NCBI GenBank assembly: GCA_965208105.1
Contig: OZ242318.1
Coordinates: forward strand, 1,536,001-1,600,000
DNA length: 64,000 bases
DNA from: Candidatus Latescibacterota bacterium
Lineage (GTDB): Bacteria; Latescibacterota; UBA2968; UBA8231
Reading direction: 5' to 3'
Positions 58,638-64,000 of this stretch are shown here, in pieces; within the stretch, counting starts at the first letter, position 1, and every line of letters begins with the position of its first letter. The notes beneath the pieces are model-generated. The model saw only the letters and a program-made list of their open reading frames with translations, was not told where the DNA came from and made no database searches. Both the position numbers and the translations under genes were made by a program.

Positions 58638-58863
58638 CTACGCTTGAAGAAATTCTTCTGCGGTCACCCCGGCTAGCTTCAGAATCGCTACCAGGGTTCC
58701 TTCCGGCAAATCCCCGGGGTGATTTGGGATGGTCGTTCGATGGGAGGGCAGCAGGGTTCCACCAGATCTCGTGGCTGCCTCGCGCTTGCCGGTCAAACGC
58801 GAATCCCAACCGCCGTTATTTGTTCGTCACCTGTCGATAGGCAAAACCTGCCAGTCGCCCCAT
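58638..58863 (-). pseudogene. hicA: HicA-family toxin pseudogene
   Basis: MGRLAGFAYRQVTNK*RRLGF.FDRQARGSHEIWWNP / frameshift / RTTIPNHPGDLPEGTLVAILKLAGVT.EEFL; TAA at 58816-58818; TGATG coupling to hicB. Confidence 0.85.
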
Positions 58864-59108
58864 CAGCCCCCTACAGGAACGTCCAGTTCGACCAACTCCC
58901 GGCTCATGGTATGTAATCCGTCTGGCAGAGCGTCCCCTCTTTCCCGGTAGGATTCAATCAGCTTTCTTGCCACATCTTGAGCGATTTCAACTGTTTCAGC
59001 TACCGTTCTCCCTTGTGCTACCAGACCGGGAAAGTCCTCTGCAGTTGCCAGGTGCTGTCCGTTTTCTCCCCGCCTGATATAAAGATGCAGTCTATATTCT
59101 TCTGACAT
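58863..59108 (-). CDS. hicB: HicB-family antitoxin (short, RNase H-fold domain only)
   Basis: A...DFPGLVAQGRTVAE....A.D....LIE......G..LP; SD aagg. Confidence 0.85.
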   Translation of the reverse strand: MSEEYRLHLYIRRGENGQHLATAEDFPGLVAQGRTVAETVEIAQDVARKLIESYRERGDALPDGLHTMSRELVELDVPVGG

Positions 59109-59180
59109 CCTTGGCTCCTTGGATTACTTCCGCCTGAAGACGACGCCGACCTCCACCCACCAAACCGGGTAAACTCCAGG

Positions 59181-60233
59181 TCAAGGTCCCCTCATCTTCT
59201 TCTTCACCTCTCCCCAGCTAGCTCGCTGAACCGGCGTCGCTACATCTGCTCCATAGGATTTGATTTCCGCGTCCAGGAATTTCAGGATTCTTTCCTGCCC
59301 TGGCCGTTTATACCAAACGGCTATCTTGTCGCCCCTGGGACTCCATTTTGGAATCGAATAATAAGGCTCGATGCTTTTCCGATAAATATCTACGGGCCCA
59401 GTCACGGCAGCATCGACTGCGCGGGTGTCCAGGATAAACAAAATCCCAAAACAGGTAAATACCATGAGTTTGCCATTGGGAGCCCAGGACGGATTACCGC
59501 AGGGATAATAATCGCTTAATTTGGTGAGGTTTCCTGAGTCCACGCCGATCATATAGATGCCCGCTTCCGGCTGAGACACCCATATACCTTCATCCAATGT
59601 TGCAGTGGAAAAGACCATGCGGCCATAATAATAATCGCCTATGGCTCTAAGAGATCGAGCGCCTCCCTCCGGATTCAGCACATGATAATATGTCTGGTAG
59701 GTATTCATCAGGCCACGGAAATAGCTGTATACAATCCCTTCCCTCACCCACATATCAATGCCAGCTTCTTCGTTCCATACCCTAGATATTTCCTGTAAAT
59801 CCGATCCATCGCGGTTCATGGTGTAGATGATCGTTTCTACCCAGGCATCGGAATCAGGAGGATCGTATTGCCTGTAAGTAAAGGCCAGGCGTTCGCCGTC
59901 TGGAGACCAATGAGCACAAGGACCATATCTTCCTTCATCTCTATTCTTTCCATGAGTAAAAATCGAACGCCCACCCGATCCATCGGCGTCGAGAATGAAG
60001 ATCTCATTGGTCTCTTGGAAGTTTTCTTTCAGGGAGATCGCATCTCCCTGTGGCGACCATTTCGCGCATCCTGAATAATCCAATACTCGATCTGGCCGAT
60101 CTTCATCGACATAGCGAATCGTTATGAGTCCATCTTCATAGTCATGGATTAGTACCGCATCTCCTGCCGGAGACCAGGAAACAGCCAAAGCCTGGGAGGA
60201 AATTGCAATAATAAGAACAAGAATGAATAGCAT
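59181..60233 (-). CDS. secreted TolB-like (PD40/WD40) beta-propeller protein with C-terminal TPVQRASWGEVK tail; low GC
   Basis: Signal peptide MLFILVLIIAISSQALA; repeats WSPAGD, WSPQGD, WSPDGE, WAPNGK, WSPRGD; AT-rich relative to host. Confidence 0.8.
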   Translation of the reverse strand: MLFILVLIIAISSQALAVSWSPAGDAVLIHDYEDGLITIRYVDEDRPDRVLDYSGCAKWSPQGDAISLKENFQETNEIFILDADGSGGRSIFTHGKNRDEGRYGPCAHWSPDGERLAFTYRQYDPPDSDAWVETIIYTMNRDGSDLQEISRVWNEEAGIDMWVREGIVYSYFRGLMNTYQTYYHVLNPEGGARSLRAIGDYYYGRMVFSTATLDEGIWVSQPEAGIYMIGVDSGNLTKLSDYYPCGNPSWAPNGKLMVFTCFGILFILDTRAVDAAVTGPVDIYRKSIEPYYSIPKWSPRGDKIAVWYKRPGQERILKFLDAEIKSYGADVATPVQRASWGEVKKKMRGP

Positions 60234-60340
60234 GATTTCCCTATATTTCTGATTATCCAGATCAGAATTCACCTTCTTTTTAATTTCCCCCCAGCTCTCG
60301 CCAGGGCATCCCTTACGGCGAACAGAAACGAATACTATCA

Positions 60341-60387
60341 TTGACACGACTACGGGAATCCCGGGTGTCCGCCTTATGAAATTCGAA
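60341..60387 (+). promoter_or_regulatory. degenerate copy of the TA promoter/operator/start block
   Basis: 39/47 identical to 57571-57617; TTGACA kept, -10 changed to GGTGTC, palindrome broken; ATG at the same 35-bp offset. Confidence 0.75.
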
Positions 60388-61797
60388 AGAAAAGTTTCCA
60401 TGGCACCGCTTTCCACCCGCGTCACCGCCACGCTGTCCAATGCACCGGAGGGCAGCAGCATTTTCGCCAGCTTCCAGCAAACCCCTGTCTACCACAAACC
60501 TGTCACCGTCGAAGCCGCCCTCGACGAAAAGGGCTGTCTGGCGGTGGACCTTCCGCTCACCGAAGCGCACATGGTCTCGGTCAGTTTCGAGGAGGAGGTC
60601 AAGCTCTTCCTGGAACCGGGCGATCAGTTGCACATCGACGCGGATGTGCTCGACCTGCCCCGGTCTCTTCGCTTCTCCGGCAGGAGCGCCGGCAACAACC
60701 AGTTCCTCGCCGCCCTGCGGTCCCGCTTTCCCGATTACCTGCGCATCGGCTACAAGGACCTCGAGGCCGACGCCTTTCGCCTGATGATCGACCGGCGACG
60801 CTCGGAATTGGAGAGCTTCCTGGAAGAGGGTTGCAGCCAGACCCAACTCACTCCGGGGTTTATCGCCTTCTACCGGGCCGAGATCACCTATGAGTGGGCC
60901 ACAGAGGTGGTTTCCTATCCGCGCAACTACGAGAGAGAAAACGGCAGGAAGAACAAAGCCCTCTCCGCGGGCTATTTCGACGTCCTCGATCAAGTCGAAC
61001 TGGTCGACGAAGCGGCCATCGGCACCACCCATTACCGCCGATTTCTGGAGGGCAATTTTCTGCGCCATTTCTTTCGCCTATGGGAAGAAAGGGGAAAGCA
61101 GCGCGACATCGAGCAAATGCCTGCCGAGGAACCCCAGGTCTTTGCCGAGACCTACTCCGACTACAATCAGGCCAAGCGGAAACTGCACGGCAAAGTCCTG
61201 TTCTTCTTTCTCGCCGGTGAAATCGTCCGGGACTTTCTCTACGGGCGATATGACCAGGGGGAACAACGCCTTGCCGGATTCCGCCAGGACAACCCATATC
61301 CAGAATACACCGAAGCCGTAGAGGAAGTCGCACGGGAAACATCCAGGCTCAAACCCGGTGAGCCCGCCCCCGACTTCACCCTCGACGACCTCCAGGGCCG
61401 AAGCGTCTCCCTGAGCGATTTCAAAGGGCAGGTGGTTTTCCTGGACTTTTGGGCAAGTTGGTGTGGTCCCTGCATCGAGGCATTACCCCATCTGGAAGAG
61501 ATCAAACGGCGGACCCGGGACCTGAAGGTGGTCTTTCTGAACATCTCTCTTGACCGCGCGAACGAGTGGCACCAGGAGGTGGAAGAGCACCGCGTGACTG
61601 GAGTCCACGTTCACGCCCCGGACGGCTGGAAAGCCGAAGCGGCTCAGTTGTACCAGGTCCAGGGAATACCCTCCTATTTCCTGGTAGGTCCGGACGGCCG
61701 GATGGCTGCCCGCCCTGAGAATGTCTTCGATGTTGCCGCGGTGGTCGCCCGCATTGAGGAATTGGCATCCAGGAAGCGCGCCCTGGAGAGGTCTTAA
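60376..61797 (+). CDS. TlpA/AhpC-TSA family redoxin with long N-terminal domain
   Basis: PGEPAPDFTL.DLQG..VSLSDFKG.VVFLDFWASWCGPC; YQVQGIPSYFLVGPDG. Confidence 0.88.
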   Translation: MKFERKVSMAPLSTRVTATLSNAPEGSSIFASFQQTPVYHKPVTVEAALDEKGCLAVDLPLTEAHMVSVSFEEEVKLFLEPGDQLHIDADVLDLPRSLRFSGRSAGNNQFLAALRSRFPDYLRIGYKDLEADAFRLMIDRRRSELESFLEEGCSQTQLTPGFIAFYRAEITYEWATEVVSYPRNYERENGRKNKALSAGYFDVLDQVELVDEAAIGTTHYRRFLEGNFLRHFFRLWEERGKQRDIEQMPAEEPQVFAETYSDYNQAKRKLHGKVLFFFLAGEIVRDFLYGRYDQGEQRLAGFRQDNPYPEYTEAVEEVARETSRLKPGEPAPDFTLDDLQGRSVSLSDFKGQVVFLDFWASWCGPCIEALPHLEEIKRRTRDLKVVFLNISLDRANEWHQEVEEHRVTGVHVHAPDGWKAEAAQLYQVQGIPSYFLVGPDGRMAARPENVFDVAAVVARIEELASRKRALERS

Positions 61798-61928
61798 GCC
61801 GGTCAGGATAACCCACCGACCAGGCTCTGGACCGACGCTTCGAGATCGCGGGTCAGCTGTTCCACCGTTTCTCTCTTCAGATTTCTGTAGGCTTGGTAGT
61901 CTTCCCGGAGATCTTTCGGTTCGCCGAC
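61774..61928. repeat. 155-bp direct repeat T, copy 2
   Basis: Spans the TlpA stop and the intact acyltransferase 3' end; matches 58192-58346. Confidence 0.9.
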
Positions 61929-63020
61929 GCGTACCGACGCCACCCGCGGTCCGCGCATTTCGGACTCGCCGAAGACTTCCCTTTCAAGACGGAGAATCAC
62001 GTCGAGGAAGCGCTCCGGAGACGGCTCTTCGGCAACGTACCCGTCGGATATGGAAATGAAATTGATCAACCGCTCCAGATCGGGATAGAATTGCTGGAAT
62101 TTCCGGAGCTGCTCTTCATGAATCTTGCGCTCGTACTCCGTCATCTGCTCGACGTCCCTGTAGATCTCCGCATCGACCAGAATCTTCAACGCGCGCGTCC
62201 TCGCGAGAATGTCGGATTCAGCGCGGATGCCCATGATCCCCTCGGCCCGGGACAGGATCGCGTCCTTCAACCTTTCGATGTGCAGGTCAAAGGAAACCGT
62301 TTCGTCCGCCTGGTACTGATACTCCGCTGCGAGTGTCCTGAATAGCGCCACACCGACGCGGCGTAAGCGGTCGTAGCGTTCCACCGGCGTCCGTTCGGCC
62401 GGCGGGAGGATGTTTCGTTCCAACCTGGTGAGGGCCGCGTCGATGGAATTCCACATGTCGCGCGGATAGCGGTATTTTATTCCGACCGGCACGGCAAACA
62501 GCGGTCTGCCGGCCTCCGCTTTTTCCATATCGTCCAGTGCCCAGAAGCACATCTGGACAATGCCTCTCTCGAAGCGCATGACGGTGTCGTTCTGGCGCGA
62601 AATTTCCCCTTCGCCAAAGATGACGATCGGCCAGTCCCCCCTGGACAAAAGCTCCCGCGTCGTGCGGAAGGCATCTCTGTCTGCAGTGCCGCGCACGACC
62701 GAGTAAACACCGGCCCGCTGCATCAGCCAGCAGCGGAAAGCCCCGAACCTGCCCCGGTCGAATGTCTCCCGAGCGGCCATATAGTAGAAGGGTTGAGACA
62801 GCCGCTTCGACAACAGAAACATGACCACGGGATCTTCGTGCGCCGGATGATTGGGAGCCAGGACCGCGGAATGCCCGTGAATGGCCTCCAACCGGGCAAT
62901 GGACTCCGCATCGACATCCAGGGTCAACCCTTTCAGGTAGAAGCGATTCACCAGCGGCATCAGTGCCTGAACAACTCGAATCGTGGTCACACTCGGTTCA
63001 GGTGGTTTGAAATCCTGCAT
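61803..63020 (-). CDS. phospholipid/glycerol acyltransferase (PlsC-like, long form)
   Basis: APNHPAHED (HxxxxD), YYMAARE, GVYSVVRG, IFGEG, PVGIKY. Confidence 0.88.
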   Translation of the reverse strand: MQDFKPPEPSVTTIRVVQALMPLVNRFYLKGLTLDVDAESIARLEAIHGHSAVLAPNHPAHEDPVVMFLLSKRLSQPFYYMAARETFDRGRFGAFRCWLMQRAGVYSVVRGTADRDAFRTTRELLSRGDWPIVIFGEGEISRQNDTVMRFERGIVQMCFWALDDMEKAEAGRPLFAVPVGIKYRYPRDMWNSIDAALTRLERNILPPAERTPVERYDRLRRVGVALFRTLAAEYQYQADETVSFDLHIERLKDAILSRAEGIMGIRAESDILARTRALKILVDAEIYRDVEQMTEYERKIHEEQLRKFQQFYPDLERLINFISISDGYVAEEPSPERFLDVILRLEREVFGESEMRGPRVASVRVGEPKDLREDYQAYRNLKRETVEQLTRDLEASVQSLVGGLS

Positions 63021-63105
63021 CGCGTCCTGTTTTGGGTCGAACGGGGTGTTGGTCTTTGAGGTGTATCGCCCGTAACCCCGGAGCGGTCCACGAGGGCCGG
63101 CCAGC

Positions 63106-64000
63106 TCAGCGCAGGAAACAGGGGGAGGCCTCGGCCACCGCTTCGGGGTGAATGACGCGCAGGGCAAGCCCGCCTTCCCCGTCGTCCTGCCACTGGATCT
63201 GGAGGCCCTTGAGCGCGCGCTGGGCTCCGGCCTGCCGGTCGCCGAGGGGATACACGCGGAACGGACCCAACACCGTCTCGGTCTCGAGGGCGAAAAGGTG
63301 GTCGCGGATGGCGGCCGGATCGAGCTTCCCGGTGGCCGCCAGCGCCGCTTCAATGGCCTCGGCGAGGAGCTCCACCGCTCCGAACCCACCCGCCGGCCGG
63401 TGGTCCGGGCTCGATTCCTCCGAGGCTTCGTACCTGGCGACCAGGGTCTCGCTGTCTCCGATGAATCCGGATGTGCGAACCGCCGGAATCCAGGGAGCCC
63501 CTCCTGCCACGCAGCGGGCCAACTCCCCCACTCCGGCGACAAACACGGGACTTGCCGGACCGGGCACGCTCAACATCCGGGGCACGTATCCGCTCCGGGC
63601 TACGGCTTTGCGCAATTCGACCAGGTCCTGACCGTAGCCGCCGATCGCCAACAGATCCGCATCCGCCTCCCTGGCGGCCGCCGCAAGAGCTCCATATTCG
63701 GCTTCTCCCACCTCGTAGGCCTGGTCCAGCACGAGGTTGAGCCCGTGCGCCTCGGCGGTCTCGCGCACACCTTTGGCCAGGGAGCGGGGAAATGCGGTGT
63801 CCTCGTAAATCAGGGCGACGGTGTTGTCTCCGGCCTGTGCCGCCAGCTCCACCGAGCCCTGGAGATACGTGAATCCAGGATTCAGCATCTGAACGCTCCA
63901 TTGCCGCTGCTGGTCCACCCAGAGTTCGGGAGCCGAGGCCAATGGGGCGACAAAGGGCATGCCCGCCGCTTCGACCACCGGGAGTACGGACTCGGTGATC
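63106..64000 (-). CDS. branched-chain amino acid ABC transporter substrate-binding protein (5' end outside window)
   Basis: VALIYEDTAF, GLNLV...Y, ETVLGPF, QWQ; periplasmic binding protein type 1 pattern; frame open to the window edge. Confidence 0.75.
   Translation of the reverse strand, partial: ITESVLPVVEAAGMPFVAPLASAPELWVDQQRQWSVQMLNPGFTYLQGSVELAAQAGDNTVALIYEDTAFPRSLAKGVRETAEAHGLNLVLDQAYEVGEAEYGALAAAAREADADLLAIGGYGQDLVELRKAVARSGYVPRMLSVPGPASPVFVAGVGELARCVAGGAPWIPAVRTSGFIGDSETLVARYEASEESSPDHRPAGGFGAVELLAEAIEAALAATGKLDPAAIRDHLFALETETVLGPFRVYPLGDRQAGAQRALKGLQIQWQDDGEGGLALRVIHPEAVAEASPCFLR

Overview
GC-rich bacterial chromosomal window. The gene content includes PhyH dioxygenase and glycoside-hydrolase-like propeller expansions, NHL and collagen repeats, and secreted proteins ending in a T(A/P)V..SWG.(I/V)K tail. 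This resembles Latescibacterota/Poribacteria-like, possibly host-associated bacteria (inference only). Most of 1-57 kb is metabolic: pgi-gnd, a Na/Pi symporter, a long sugar/sugar-acid/amine catabolic tract, acoABC, an SNF2-SWIM helicase, ybdK, an NCS2 permease and nudC. No rRNA, tRNA, CRISPR, integrase or transposase was seen. The most unusual part is 57.1-61.9 kb, a lower-GC variable locus built from a tandemly duplicated three-part scaffold: a MITE-containing 229-bp repeat R, a 47-bp promoter/operator/start block P, and a 155-bp block T covering two convergent gene ends. The two copies carry different cargo. Copy 1 holds a BrnT-type toxin plus an HTH antitoxin. Copy 2 holds hicB, a doubly inactivated hicA and a TolB-like secreted protein, plus a TlpA-like redoxin that starts like the toxin (MKFE vs MEFE) and ends like the antitoxin (KRALERS). 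A 168-bp MITE is present in three copies, and there are a few candidate structured RNAs.
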